Positions 8,690 through 19,463 are shown, numbered from the stretch's first letter. The stretch is 64,000 nucleotides of DNA from Coriobacteriales bacterium (GCA_017515595.1 JAFWFL010000093.1:367-64366), one strand, 5' to 3'. Translations and numbers: made by a program. The notes: generated by a model not told the origin, from the letters alone.

Positions 8690-10900
8690 TTACAGATGCA
8701 TAACGCGATCTTTGATTTCCTCGGTACGGCCCTGGTTCCAGAACTGGGTGCCAATGTAACCACAGGTACGGCGTGCAACATTGAGTGTGTTCTGATCGCG
8801 GTTGCCGCAGTTGGGGCATTCCCACACAAGCTTGCCGTCGTCTTCTACAATCTGGATTTCGCCGTCATAGCCGCAAACCTGACAATAGTCGCTCTTGGTG
8901 TTAAGCTCAGCATACATAATGTTGTCATAGATAAACTGAAGCACGCTGATAACGGCCTCGAGGTTATCCTGCATATCAGGAACCTCAACGTAGCTAATGG
9001 CACCGCCGGGCGACAGGCGCTGGAACTGGCTCTCAAATGCGAGTTTGGTAAAGGCGTCAATCTCCTCGGTTACATGTACATGGTAACTGTTGGTGATATA
9101 ACCCTTGTTGGTAATGCCCTCAATAATGCCAAACCTGCGCTGCAGAGCCTTGGCGAACTTGTAGGTTGTACTCTCGAGAGGAGTGCCGTAGAGCGAGAAG
9201 TCAACATCCTGCTCAGCCTTCCACTCAGCACAGCGATCATTCATGTGCTGCATAACCGAGAGAGCAAAATCTGTTGCCTCGGGGTCAGTGTGCGACTTGC
9301 CGGTCATGTACTTAACGCACTCATAGAGACCGGCATAGCCAAGGCTGATGGTTGAGTAACCGCCATGAAGAAGCTTGTCAATCTTCTCGCCCTTCTTAAG
9401 ACGAGCAAGAGCGCCAAACTGCCAGAGAATAGGCGCTGCGTCAGAGAGTGTACCCTCAAGACGCTTATGGCGGCACATCAATGCCTTGTAGCAAAGATCA
9501 AGGCGCTCGTCAAAGATCTTCCAGAACTTCTCCATGTTGCCGCCGCTGCTGAGCGCAACGTCAGGAAGGTTAATGGTCACAACGCCCTGGTTAAAGCGGC
9601 CGTAATACTTGGGCTTGCCGTCATAATTCTTGAGATTTGCCACGTTGTTAAAGCCGTTGCCGCTGCGGTCAGGTGTCAGGAATGAACGGCAGCCCATGCA
9701 GGTGTAGCAATCACCGTCACCGTTGGCGTTAATCTTATACTCGAGCATCTTCTTCTCGGAGATGTAATCAGGCACCATGCGCTTGGCGGTGCACTTGGCA
9801 GCAAGCTGGGTAAGGTAGAAGTACGGGGTGCCCTCGCGAACGTTGTCCTCCTCAAGTACATAAATGAGCTTGGGGAAGGCCGGAGTAATCCATACGCCTG
9901 CCTCGTTTTTAACGCCCTCAAAGCGCTGACGGAGCGTTTCTTCAATAATCATAGAGAGGTCAAGCTTCTCGCGCTCGCTGCGAGCCTCATTGAGATACAT
10001 AAATACCGTTACAAACGGAGCCTGGCCGTTGGTGGTCATAAGGGTAACTACCTGGTATTGGATAGTCTGGACACCGCGACGAATCTCCTCGCGTAAACGA
10101 CGCTCCACGATCTCGGCAATCTTGGGGAAGTCCGGGTCAACACCCAGCTCCTGCATCTCGGTAATAACATCGCGGCGAATCTTTTGGCGGCTCACATCAA
10201 CAAACGGTGCGAGGTGGGTCAAAGAAATTGATTGTCCGCCATACTGGCTCGAAGCTACCTGGGCGATAATCTGTGTAGCAATGTTGCAGGCAGTTGAGAA
10301 GCTGTGGGGACGCTCAATGAGCGTGCCCGAGATAACCGTGCCGTTCTGAAGCATGTCTTCGAGGTTCACAAGGCAGCAGTTATGCATATGCTGTGCAAAG
10401 TAGTCGGCGTCATGGAAGTGAATAAGTCCCTCATCATGAGCCTTCACGACATCTGCGGGAAGAAGCATGCGGCGTGTAAGGTCCTTTGAAACCTCACCGG
10501 CCATATAGTCGCGCTGTACGGAGTTAACGGTTGGGTTCTTGTTGGAGTTCTCTTGCTTAACTTCCTCATTATTGCATTCAATAAGAGTCAGAATCTGATC
10601 ATCTGTGGTATTGCGGGTACGCTTAAGGTTTTGCATATAACGGTAGGTAATATAATGACGAGCAACCTCATAGGCGCACGAAGCCATGATATGGTCTTCT
10701 ACCATATCCTGAACCTCTTCTACCGAAACCGTATGTCCGCATGTTGCACATGCGTCTTCTACCTTGCGTGCAATGCGGTCTATTTGCTCACGCGTCAGCT
10801 GATGATCCTGCTCAACAACGGCGTTAGCCTTAGAAATAGCCGCAACAATTTTTTGCACATCAAAGGTAACCTCAGAACCATTACGCTTGATGATCTTCAT
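8690..10900 (-). CDS. nrdD: anaerobic ribonucleoside-triphosphate reductase (class III RNR)
   Basis: ATP-cone N-terminus (MKIIKRNGSEVTFDVQKI). C-terminal Zn ribbon (CQVCGYDG...CPNCG). Glycyl-radical motif RTCGYIG. ATG at 10900 chosen over the ORF-track start at 10957. Confidence 0.95.
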   Translation of the reverse strand: MKIIKRNGSEVTFDVQKIVAAISKANAVVEQDHQLTREQIDRIARKVEDACATCGHTVSVEEVQDMVEDHIMASCAYEVARHYITYRYMQNLKRTRNTTDDQILTLIECNNEEVKQENSNKNPTVNSVQRDYMAGEVSKDLTRRMLLPADVVKAHDEGLIHFHDADYFAQHMHNCCLVNLEDMLQNGTVISGTLIERPHSFSTACNIATQIIAQVASSQYGGQSISLTHLAPFVDVSRQKIRRDVITEMQELGVDPDFPKIAEIVERRLREEIRRGVQTIQYQVVTLMTTNGQAPFVTVFMYLNEARSEREKLDLSMIIEETLRQRFEGVKNEAGVWITPAFPKLIYVLEEDNVREGTPYFYLTQLAAKCTAKRMVPDYISEKKMLEYKINANGDGDCYTCMGCRSFLTPDRSGNGFNNVANLKNYDGKPKYYGRFNQGVVTINLPDVALSSGGNMEKFWKIFDERLDLCYKALMCRHKRLEGTLSDAAPILWQFGALARLKKGEKIDKLLHGGYSTISLGYAGLYECVKYMTGKSHTDPEATDFALSVMQHMNDRCAEWKAEQDVDFSLYGTPLESTTYKFAKALQRRFGIIEGITNKGYITNSYHVHVTEEIDAFTKLAFESQFQRLSPGGAISYVEVPDMQDNLEAVISVLQFIYDNIMYAELNTKSDYCQVCGYDGEIQIVEDDGKLVWECPNCGNRDQNTLNVARRTCGYIGTQFWNQGRTEEIKDRVMHL

Positions 10901-11089
10901 ATCCGTACTCCTAACCCCAGAACTCCATAACTCCAAACTGCCTTGAATGCCCGCCAAGACACGTCACATAATATAAGGCCATGCTGTTTTGGACCAACAG
11001 CACGACCCACAATGGCGCATCTCAAAGACTTTTTCTTTGAGATCTGGCTGACATGTGGTAGATATAATAGCGCAAATTTTGAGTGTGGT

Positions 11090-11136
11090 ATACATTATAT
11101 TGTGGTTTTTATTTTCTACACACCTATATATAGTAG
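11090..11136. promoter_or_regulatory. two candidate NrdR boxes upstream of nrdD
   Basis: ATACATTATATTGTGG (11090-11105) matches the published 16-bp NrdR palindrome acaCwAtATaTwGtgt at 13/16. CACCTATATATAGTAG (11121-11136) matches at 11/16 around a perfect CTATATATAG core. Centre-to-centre spacing is 31 bp. Confidence 0.5.
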
Positions 11137-11364
11137 TTCAAGCCTGTAAAGAAGCAGTTATCTGAGTCAACGCCACTGGCCGAAATTTGAGCTGAAACAC
11201 ACAAACTTTGCGTGTATGCAGGACTGAGCCCCTAAATGATTATGGGCTTGATAGCTTTCAAAACGAAACCAATAAATTCCGCGAACGGTCAAACACAATA
11301 TGAGGTATCATTCTCACAAAAAGTCCTGCCAAAAAACCGGGCAGCCGAGGAGGCCAACCATATC

Positions 11365-12309
11365 ATGTTTACAGCTCAGGAAAAACGCCAGGCGTGGATT
11401 GAGGCAACAAGGCCCAGAACACTACCGCTCGCCGCTGCCGGCTCTGTAGTTGCAGCCGCTATCGCAGCTTCTATGGGTGTATTCAGATGGCCGGTCTTTA
11501 TTCTCATGTTTATCACCAGTATTTTGCTCCAGATTATCGCAAACTTTGCTGATGACTACGGCGATCTTAAAAGCGGTCTTGATGACGAGACACGCGTGGG
11601 TCCCAAACGTGGACTCCAGCGCGGCGTCATCACGTTTGACCAAATGAAACGCGCCCTGATTGGTACATGCGTTCTTGCATTCATAACAGGCGTTGCGCTC
11701 ATCCTTGTCGCATTCAGCGACGGACCCGAGACTACGGGCAGTGCAATTGTCTCGATCATTATCTTTATTTTACTCGGCGCAGCCGCAATTGCCGCAGCCA
11801 TACTCTATACCATGGGAAGTCATCCCTACGGTTATATTGGCCTCGGCGATATTGTGAGCTTTATCTTTTTTGGCTTGGTTGCCGTTATAGGCGGTACATT
11901 CTTGTATGCCCATGAGCTCGTAGGGGCAAGCATTGTGGGAGGCATAGCGCTTGGACTGCCGGTGATGGCTGTTATGAATGTCAATAATATGCGCGACGCT
12001 AAAGCTGACGCCGCCAAAGGTAAACGCACTATTGCCAACATGCTCGGCGACCCTAAAATGCGCATCTATGAGACCATACTCCTGGCCGCATCAGCCGTGC
12101 TTTTTGTGGTTACCGCCGCTCTCTGCGGCATGAAAAACCCCGTCTCATACATCCTGCTGATACTCTCGTATAGCATGTGGCTCATGGTTCTTGTCAAGAT
12201 GTGGAAGATTCCCAACCCTGAGAACTTTGACAAACTCATGCAGCCCACAAGCCTTGGCAGCGTCATAGTCTCGCTTGTTTTTTTGGCCACGATAGCATTT
12301 ATTGGATAA
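11365..12309 (+). CDS. menA: 1,4-dihydroxy-2-naphthoate polyprenyltransferase (menaquinone biosynthesis)
   Basis: UbiA-family polytopic membrane protein with an NFADDYGDLKSG Asp-rich motif. GAGGAGG lies 11 nt before the ATG at 11365. The 43-codon upstream extension in the ORF track is rejected. Confidence 0.85.
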   Translation: MFTAQEKRQAWIEATRPRTLPLAAAGSVVAAAIAASMGVFRWPVFILMFITSILLQIIANFADDYGDLKSGLDDETRVGPKRGLQRGVITFDQMKRALIGTCVLAFITGVALILVAFSDGPETTGSAIVSIIIFILLGAAAIAAAILYTMGSHPYGYIGLGDIVSFIFFGLVAVIGGTFLYAHELVGASIVGGIALGLPVMAVMNVNNMRDAKADAAKGKRTIANMLGDPKMRIYETILLAASAVLFVVTAALCGMKNPVSYILLILSYSMWLMVLVKMWKIPNPENFDKLMQPTSLGSVIVSLVFLATIAFIG

Positions 12310-12399
12310 ACAGGTCAGAGAGAGAGACAACGGGGACGGACAGGAAAACACAGGGGACAGTTCTGTGTGTTTTCCCCTCCGCCCCACGTTATCAAAAAA

Positions 12400-12436
12400 G
12401 ACGGGAACCTAGGAGAGGTAGGTTCCCGCCTTTTTA
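12400..12436. terminator. bidirectional rho-independent terminator (menA / flavoprotein paralog 2)
   Basis: CGGGAACCTA / TAGGTTCCCG 10-bp stem flanked by A-run and T-run (AAAAAAGA...CCTTTTTAT). Lies between convergent genes. Confidence 0.65.
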
Positions 12437-12463
12437 TAAGCTAATTATCTTAAAGCTCAGGAA

Positions 12464-14026
12464 TTATGCGTTAATATACTCAGCAGCGCTCTTGGCGGCT
12501 ACACGGCCGGAGTCAACACACTGTGCGCAGGCGCCACCCGGAACGTCATAGCTGTATGCATACTTGTAGTAGTTCATGTTAGCCTCGGTACCGGCAGCAT
12601 AGAGACCGGGGATAGGAGCGTAATCCTTGGTAACTACTTCATAGTTTACGTTAACAACAATGGCGCCCATCAGGTGATACGGAGCATAGATCTGATGCAG
12701 TACAAAGAACGGCGGGGTTGCGATTGGAGCGAGGAGTGCGGGATCCTTGTGGAAGCCGTCAACGCCGGCCTCGCAGCCTGCATTGTAATCAGCAACAGTC
12801 TTGGCGATGTTCTCAGGCTTGCAGCCAATGTACTCGGCAAGCTCTTCAACAGTCTGAGCCTCAAAGACCTCACCGCCGGCAACCTCAGCCTCAAGCGCTG
12901 CCAAAGCGTCAGGAATCCTTGCCGAGAGACCCTCTATGATACCTGCGTCGATAACGACATAGGTCTCCCACTGCTCGAGCATAGCATTGAGCGGTGCACC
13001 AACGCCGTAAGCAGCGCCGCAGTCTTCGCGGATGAACCTGAAGCCGTCCTGGTTAACCCAAATACCTGAGCTTGAGCCACCCAGAGACTGGAGCATACCG
13101 TTCTCGGTATTGCAGCAAACACTACGCGGGGTCATGAATGCGGTGTGCTCGGAGGAGTCATTTGCACCGACTTCAAGAGCCATCTTCCTACCATCGCCCA
13201 CGCAGGTAGCAGGACCGTTTACACGGCCGAGCGGGTTGAAGCCAAGGCAACGGCCGGCATGAAGTGCCGGGAATGCCTCTGCAACCATTTCTTCATTGCG
13301 TGAATAACCGCCGGTTGCAAGAATAACGGCCTTGGCGTTGATCTCAAGAACACCGTCAGGGGTGGTAGCATAAAGACCGGCAACCTTGCCGTCTTCCATC
13401 TTGAGCTGACGTGCACGGGTGTTCAAACGAATCTCGCAGCCTTCATAACCCTTGAATACAGCCTCCATAGGATCGCCAAATGCGGTCGGGCAGGCAAAAT
13501 CGCCCTCGAACCAGTGGAAGGTGGGGAATACGCCGCTGCCATAGTAGTCATCAACAACACCGGTAAACTTAACGCCCTTGTCGATAAGCCATGCCATGGT
13601 CTCGGGCGAACGGTCAAGCATGTTCTTCCAGAAGAGGCCGTTTACATGGAACTTAGAAGCGATAACCTCGTCCTCAACAACATCGGCAACATCAATCTTG
13701 ATGCCCTGCTCAATTTGCCACGGGCTGTCAACGGCTGCCATACCCTCAGCGCCAATAAGCATACCGCCGCGGATATCTGAAGCCTCAACAATGAGCACCT
13801 TAAGGCCAAGCTCTGCAGCCTGAACACCTGCGGTAAGGCCGGCAGGACCAGAACCGGCAACAACAACGTCAAAGTCTACCGTCTCGGTAACCTGTGAAGC
13901 AAAGTCCTCCTCAGCAGGAGCGGCTTCCTCGGCAAAAGCGACGGTTGCAGCGCCTGATGCGGCTACGGCAGCAGCGCCAACGGTGGTAGCAGAAACAAAA
14001 GCCCTACGAGTCATAGAAGTGCTCAT
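12464..14026 (-). CDS. Tat-exported FAD-dependent oxidoreductase (FrdA-like flavoprotein family), paralog 2
   Basis: Signal MSTSMTRRAFVSATTVGAAAVAASGAATVAFA. FAD motif VVVAGSGPAGLTAG. AAGGAGA Shine-Dalgarno before the ATG at 14026. Confidence 0.85.
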   Translation of the reverse strand: MSTSMTRRAFVSATTVGAAAVAASGAATVAFAEEAAPAEEDFASQVTETVDFDVVVAGSGPAGLTAGVQAAELGLKVLIVEASDIRGGMLIGAEGMAAVDSPWQIEQGIKIDVADVVEDEVIASKFHVNGLFWKNMLDRSPETMAWLIDKGVKFTGVVDDYYGSGVFPTFHWFEGDFACPTAFGDPMEAVFKGYEGCEIRLNTRARQLKMEDGKVAGLYATTPDGVLEINAKAVILATGGYSRNEEMVAEAFPALHAGRCLGFNPLGRVNGPATCVGDGRKMALEVGANDSSEHTAFMTPRSVCCNTENGMLQSLGGSSSGIWVNQDGFRFIREDCGAAYGVGAPLNAMLEQWETYVVIDAGIIEGLSARIPDALAALEAEVAGGEVFEAQTVEELAEYIGCKPENIAKTVADYNAGCEAGVDGFHKDPALLAPIATPPFFVLHQIYAPYHLMGAIVVNVNYEVVTKDYAPIPGLYAAGTEANMNYYKYAYSYDVPGGACAQCVDSGRVAAKSAAEYINA

Positions 14027-14202
14027 GATAATCTCCTTTCACACCGCTCAGAGGATCGAGAAGCCCTGTGCTTCCCTGCTCTCCGAGCGCATCTTTTGGA
14101 ACCATTCCATAAGACAACACCCATACCATTTTTTGGGTACCGGTTATTATTCACACTTATCAAAATTTTTATACAACCGTTCATCCAGTTTTAATATTTT
14201 TA

Positions 14203-14351
14203 GAGTGTGACTGGGGACGGGTCGGTGTCACATTAAGAGAAAAGGCCAATATACATACCAGCCTCCGCTTTCACCTCATAAAAACGCTTCGGACGGAATG
14301 TATATCGGCCTTTACACTTAATGTAACACCGACCTGTCCCCTGTCACACTC
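14203..14351. repeat. 149-bp long imperfect hairpin / palindromic element
   Basis: Arms 14203-14256 and 14298-14351 are about 90% complementary by eye (GAGTGTGACTGGGGACGGGTCGGTGTCACATTAAG... versus ...CTTAATGTAACACCGACCTGTCCCCTGTCACACTC). 41-nt loop. The right arm ends 6 nt from the ftsH stop codon. Confidence 0.8.
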
Positions 14352-14356
14352 GAATA

Positions 14357-16648
14357 TTAGTCTTTGTCCTCTTTTTGCCGGGCGGCTTCTTCTGCCATGG
14401 CGCGCTCGGCATCAGCACGGGCTGCAGCACGGGCTGCGGCCTCTTTGGCGTCAAGGACACCGGTCGCTCTGGCACGTTCCGCATCGGCAACCGCAAGAGC
14501 CTCTGCCTGCTCGGCCGTTATGGTTGACGCATCGCCGTTGTCTGAAGACTCACCGTTAGCTACACGCTCGGCAGCATCGCGGGCGTCTGCCTCGGCATCT
14601 GCCTGAGCAACAGCCTGGGCATCTTCTGCCTCGTGAGCCAGATAGTCTTCCCACTTGTTATCGAGAAGCGCTTGGGCTGCTTTGCCGTCAACGGTTTCGC
14701 GTTCCAGAAGCACCTTTGCCATAAGCTTCATTTGGTCTGCACGCTCCGAGAGAATAGCACGGGCTCTCTCGTGCGCCTCATTAATAATGCGGCTTACCTC
14801 GGCATCTATACGGCGTGCGGTTTCCTGTGAATAATCCTGGTGCTCAGAGAAGTCACGGCCCAAGAATACCTCGTGATTGGCTTCGCCAAATACTTGAGCG
14901 CCAAGCTCGTCGCTCATACCATAGCGGGTCACAAGGTTGCGGGCAAGTTTAGTTGCACGTTCAAGATCGTTCGAAGCGCCGCTTGTGATGTCATCACAGA
15001 AGAGTTCCTCGGCTGTACGGCCACCCAAAAGCACGGCGATCTCGTCGAGCATACCCTTGCGGGTTTGGAGGAACTTATCTTCCTCGGGCATCGAGAGCGT
15101 GTAACCAAGCGCCTGGCCTCGGGGGATAATACTAATCTTATGCACCGGGTCAGCCTCGGGCAAAATATGGCCCACCAATGCATGACCTGATTCATGGAAT
15201 GCAATTGTTGTGCGCTCGCCCTCGGTCATAATACGGCTCTTACGGGCAGGACCTGCAATGACACGCTCCATAGACTCGGTAATCTCGGTCATGCCAATGC
15301 GGCTCTTACCGCGGCGTGCCGAGAGAAGCGCAGCTTCATTCATAAGGTTGCCGAGATCTGCTCCGCTAAAGCCGGGCGTAAGGTGTGCAATGCGTCCCAG
15401 GTCAACGTCGCTCGAGAGCGGCTTGTTGCGCGAGTGAACCTCAAGAATCTTTTCGCGGCCGCCAACATCGGGACGGTCAACGGTAATCTGACGGTCAAAA
15501 CGTCCCGGACGCAATAACGCAGGATCGAGAATATCGGGACGGTTGGTTGCGGCAATAAGGATAACGCTTGCATGCTCCTCAAAACCATCCATCTCTACCA
15601 GGAGCTGGTTCAGGGTCTGTTCGCGCTCGTCATGACCGCCGCCCAAACCGGCGCCACGCTGGCGGCCAACGGCGTCAATCTCGTCAATAAAGATAATTGA
15701 AGGCTGGCTCTCTTTAGCTTTTGCAAACAGGTCGCGTACACGCGATGCACCAACGCCTACAAACATCTCGACAAAGCCTGAGCCCGAGATCGAGAAAAAC
15801 GGCACGCCGGCTTCGCCTGCAACAGCCTTTGCAAGCAAGGTTTTACCGGTACCGGGAGGTCCTACCAAAAGCACGCCGCGGGGAATCTTTGCACCCATGG
15901 TGTTGTACTTGGCGGGGTTCTCGAGAAAATCTTTGATCTCCTGGAGTTCCTCAATTGCCTCGTCACAACCGGCAACATCGTCAAACTTGACTTTAGGACG
16001 GGTTGCTTCGTTGGTAAGCGCTTTGGTCTTGCCAAACTGCATGGCGCGGCCGTCAGGGTCAAATCTGCTCATGAAATAAATCAAAGCGCCTACAATTATG
16101 AGCATGGGCAAAAGGCTCGTAAGCAATGACATCCAGATGGGCGTCTGAGTAACATCGGCCTTATAAATAGTATCAGGATGCTGAGCCATGAGCTCTGAGA
16201 GAGCATCTGTACCAACCCAGGTCGAATTAAAGTTCCTCAGGGCTTCTTCATTGCCAATGCTCTCAGCATCCTTCCAGTAAGTTCCCTCAATGGTGAGGTT
16301 ACGTGCCGAGTATGTTGCCTCATGAACCCTGTCTTCATCCACTGCGATTTGGAACTCGCTCGTGGCAAGCTCATCAACATCCTCGCGGGCCTCATTGTTC
16401 ATAAAACTATAAATCAATACCACGCCCACAACGGCAATGAGCACATACATAAGAATGCTGCGCCAATTTGGCTTCTGAGCATTGGGTCCCTCGCCCTCTG
16501 GGTCGGGTTTAAAGATCGAAAGATTTGAGAGGTCACGCTTGCCGTCATCATCGCGGTTCAAAAAACCCCATGAGTATTGCTTTTCTGCGTCTTCGTCTTC
16601 CTGCTTCTTATCATTCCGGGTATCTTTTGGGTTTTGATCTTCGCTCAC
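14357..16648 (-). CDS. ftsH: ATP-dependent zinc metalloprotease FtsH
   Basis: Walker A GPPGTGKT, an SRH region and a HESGH zinc motif. Two N-terminal TM segments. An Ala/Glu/Asp-rich C-terminal tail. Confidence 0.95.
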   Translation of the reverse strand: MSEDQNPKDTRNDKKQEDEDAEKQYSWGFLNRDDDGKRDLSNLSIFKPDPEGEGPNAQKPNWRSILMYVLIAVVGVVLIYSFMNNEAREDVDELATSEFQIAVDEDRVHEATYSARNLTIEGTYWKDAESIGNEEALRNFNSTWVGTDALSELMAQHPDTIYKADVTQTPIWMSLLTSLLPMLIIVGALIYFMSRFDPDGRAMQFGKTKALTNEATRPKVKFDDVAGCDEAIEELQEIKDFLENPAKYNTMGAKIPRGVLLVGPPGTGKTLLAKAVAGEAGVPFFSISGSGFVEMFVGVGASRVRDLFAKAKESQPSIIFIDEIDAVGRQRGAGLGGGHDEREQTLNQLLVEMDGFEEHASVILIAATNRPDILDPALLRPGRFDRQITVDRPDVGGREKILEVHSRNKPLSSDVDLGRIAHLTPGFSGADLGNLMNEAALLSARRGKSRIGMTEITESMERVIAGPARKSRIMTEGERTTIAFHESGHALVGHILPEADPVHKISIIPRGQALGYTLSMPEEDKFLQTRKGMLDEIAVLLGGRTAEELFCDDITSGASNDLERATKLARNLVTRYGMSDELGAQVFGEANHEVFLGRDFSEHQDYSQETARRIDAEVSRIINEAHERARAILSERADQMKLMAKVLLERETVDGKAAQALLDNKWEDYLAHEAEDAQAVAQADAEADARDAAERVANGESSDNGDASTITAEQAEALAVADAERARATGVLDAKEAAARAAARADAERAMAEEAARQKEDKD

Positions 16649-16696
16649 GTGCCTGACTCCTTGTTTTTACTGCGAAACTACTGTCAAAATACTCAT

Positions 16697-17230
16697 TTAT
16701 ACGGTATAAATCTCACGCTTTAAAGCGCCAATAAAGGGCAAATTGCGGTATCGCTCGGCATAATCCAGACCATAGCCCACCACAAACTCATTGGGGCAGT
16801 CAAAGCCAATATACTTAGGAGTAATGGCAGGACTGGGGTTCTTGAGCAAAAGCGTAGCTATCTCGATGGAGCGGGGGTTACGTGCCGAGAGGTTCGAAGA
16901 CAGATACTTAAGCGTAAGTCCAGAATCAAGAACATCTTCAACAATAATAACGTCCCTGTCTATAAGCGGGGTATCAAGGTCTTTTACAATGCGGACAACT
17001 CCCGAGGAATGAGCTGCTTTGCCATAGCTCGAAACCGCCATAAAGTCAATGTCAATAGGGAGCTCAACAGCTCTCACCAGGTCTGCCATAAAAATCGACG
17101 CACCGCGCAAAATGCATATCATGAGGGGACGCGAGTTCATGTAGTCTGCCGTAATTTGGGCGCCTATCTCAGAAACACGCTTTGCAATTTCCTCTGCACT
17201 AAAAATCACATGATCAATATGCGGATGCAT
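16697..17230 (-). CDS. hpt: hypoxanthine phosphoribosyltransferase
   Basis: PRTase motif VIIVEDVLDSGLTL. Sits in the conserved tilS-hpt-ftsH gene order. Confidence 0.9.
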   Translation of the reverse strand: MHPHIDHVIFSAEEIAKRVSEIGAQITADYMNSRPLMICILRGASIFMADLVRAVELPIDIDFMAVSSYGKAAHSSGVVRIVKDLDTPLIDRDVIIVEDVLDSGLTLKYLSSNLSARNPRSIEIATLLLKNPSPAITPKYIGFDCPNEFVVGYGLDYAERYRNLPFIGALKREIYTV

Positions 17231-17307
17231 AAACCGCTCCTCCTTAAACGGGCTTACAGATCACCGTACAAAAGTGCTAACCGATTATTTTACGATAACT
17301 AAGTAAT

Positions 17308-18834
17308 CTATGCTCCGATACTCGGCCCGTACCTTTTTATTACCACAAACTCTTTGGTTGAGCGGGTATATGCCGCATGTTCATCAAGACGTATGCCCGT
17401 GACCCATATAACCCGCGAATCTGTGCTGTTTACCAGGCGTACTACGGGAATTTGAGAGCGTTCGGGCACGGGAATATGCGCATCTGCCAGGACATCGTGG
17501 ACAAGCTTAGCGGCATGAAGCCCAAAGGGTACCATACGCTCACCTTCCATAGGGGTACCAATCTCGAGCGTTCCTTCGCCGAGCATGCCCGCGTCGCATA
17601 TCACAAAGTCTTTGCCCTCATACACATCCTCAGGCAAACATGCGCGTCTTTTCGCCATTGTGATTTTCACGTCTTGGGCCAAGGCTTTTGCCTGTTCGGA
17701 TATCTCTTGCGTTGTTTGACAAGGGACAACATCAATCTCAATCACATGGTCATTAAAGCAATACTCGCCCGGAATATCAGGGCAGGCAATCTTTGAATCT
17801 CCCGGCATTGACGGAAGCGTGAGTAAAAGAGACCCCCTCACAGCCCGGCAATCTACATTTCCCGGAAGTGTACACGATCCCTCTTTTGCCTGAACAAGTC
17901 CAACAATGGCATCTACATGGCCGGCTTCAATGCGGGCATCTCTAAACCTCTCGGGACCGTAGAGCTCTTGTAACGCTTTGCGAATCACGCGGCGTATAAG
18001 AGCTGCGTGGAGTGACAAAATTCCCGGTCCAATTTCGAGCGCAACAGATGACCTGCGTTTTACATACGATTTATAAGCTTTCTGCGTAAGATCATTAAGC
18101 AAGTCATTCTCGGCATTCAAAACGCTGATCATGGCATTATACGTAGACAAAAACGAGGTATTTCTCTCTTTTATGGGGGGCAAAACGCGATTTCTTACAT
18201 ATGACCGCAGAGCATCGCACTCGGCGTTTGTAGCGTCTTCGCACCAGGATATGTTTTCCTGGATCAAATAATCACGCAGTTGTTGCCGAGAAAAACGCAA
18301 AAGCGGACGCACTACAATACCCTGTACAGGCTGTATGCCCACCAATCCCGTAAGTCCGGCTCCCGTAATAAAACGCATGAGGGTTGTCTCGGCACGGTCA
18401 TCTGCCGTATGTGCAACCAAAATCCGAGCTGTTGCCGGATCTGCTTGTACCGCGTGCGCAAGCTCCAGCGCCAACTCCCATGCAGTCTGATAACGCACTT
18501 CTCGGGCTGCTTCTTCAAAACTCTGCTTTGCTGTGGCGGCCAGGTGCGGAACATCAATTCTTCTGGCACAAAAATCAACACCAAATGTGCTGCACAAATT
18601 CCTGACAAAAGCTTCGTCAGCATTGGCGGCTTCACCGCGCAACATATGATTAATATGCAGTACATGGAGCGTTTCTTTATTGAGACGGACTTCTCCTGCT
18701 CCATCGCAAAGATCAAGCGTCGCACGCACGGCCCGCACAAGAAGCGCCGTGGAATCTGATCCGCCGCTCACCATGAGGATAACCGGCGAGGTCTCAGTCC
18801 TGGGAAGTGCCTGCTCTGTTAATGCATAAATCAT
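17308..18834 (-). CDS. tilS: tRNA(Ile)-lysidine synthetase
   Basis: PP-loop motif VSGGSDSTALL near the N-terminus. Start moved to the ATG at 18834 (MIYALTEQ...). The upstream 48 codons in the ORF track look non-coding. Confidence 0.8.
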   Translation of the reverse strand: MIYALTEQALPRTETSPVILMVSGGSDSTALLVRAVRATLDLCDGAGEVRLNKETLHVLHINHMLRGEAANADEAFVRNLCSTFGVDFCARRIDVPHLAATAKQSFEEAAREVRYQTAWELALELAHAVQADPATARILVAHTADDRAETTLMRFITGAGLTGLVGIQPVQGIVVRPLLRFSRQQLRDYLIQENISWCEDATNAECDALRSYVRNRVLPPIKERNTSFLSTYNAMISVLNAENDLLNDLTQKAYKSYVKRRSSVALEIGPGILSLHAALIRRVIRKALQELYGPERFRDARIEAGHVDAIVGLVQAKEGSCTLPGNVDCRAVRGSLLLTLPSMPGDSKIACPDIPGEYCFNDHVIEIDVVPCQTTQEISEQAKALAQDVKITMAKRRACLPEDVYEGKDFVICDAGMLGEGTLEIGTPMEGERMVPFGLHAAKLVHDVLADAHIPVPERSQIPVVRLVNSTDSRVIWVTGIRLDEHAAYTRSTKEFVVIKRYGPSIGA

Positions 18835-19031
18835 AGTGTCTGCCTTGGTTCCGTATTTGCCCGCTCCAAACTGCTTATGCGCACTATAACACAAAGAACC
18901 CCCAGCACTTACCGCGTTGGGGGTCCCGAGAGAGAGCTTTGAAGAGCCTGTACATAAGCTACGTTGGTGGCTCTTCAAAAAGGCCGCGTAGCCTTGAGGA
19001 GAGAGAATAAGAGGGAGAAGGAGGGTAGAGC

Positions 19032-19463
19032 TTATGCAATTTCAATCTTGCAAACGTTGGTGTTCTGGGTACGCTTAGGAACATTTACCGTAAGAATACC
19101 ATCCTTGAGCTGGGCAGAAAGACCTGTGGTGTCCGCATCCTTAAGGAAGACGCTACGTACTGCATGGTAAGATGTGGTCTCACGATGAATGTAGTTGCGC
19201 TTGGTAACTTCCTCAGAATCCTGCTTGTCAACCGTGATGTTAAGACGGCCCTCATTGAGCTCAACATCAATTTGGTCGCGGTTAACACCGGGGAGCGTAG
19301 CCTCAACAATGTAGTTCTCGGGGTTGTCCTGAACATCAAGCATGAAGCTCTGCGAGCCACCCTCAATGCGGCTGTCTGCGCTGTTGTTGGCAAGTTCATC
19401 CATGAAGTTGAACCAGTTGGCGAGAGGGGCGGTGTAACGGGTATAAGGAACCATTGCTGACAT
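19032..19463 (-). CDS. Hsp20/alpha-crystallin family small heat-shock protein
   Basis: Alpha-crystallin domain (YIVEATLPGVNRDQIDVELNEGRLNITV ... AQLKDGILTVNVPK). AAGGAG Shine-Dalgarno. Confidence 0.9.
   Translation of the reverse strand: MSAMVPYTRYTAPLANWFNFMDELANNSADSRIEGGSQSFMLDVQDNPENYIVEATLPGVNRDQIDVELNEGRLNITVDKQDSEEVTKRNYIHRETTSYHAVRSVFLKDADTTGLSAQLKDGILTVNVPKRTQNTNVCKIEIA

Noticed and set aside
10901-10957. N-terminal extensions proposed by the ORF track (nrdD to 10957; also tilS to 18978, menA from 11236, ftsX to 26638, cytochrome c to 47356, molybdoenzyme from 48770, LuxR from 53979, flavoproteins to 5565 and from 57643)
   Set aside because: Internal ATG/GTG codons preceded by good Shine-Dalgarno sequences coincide with the conserved family N-termini or twin-arginine signals. 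The upstream extensions lack RBS and have non-protein-like composition.
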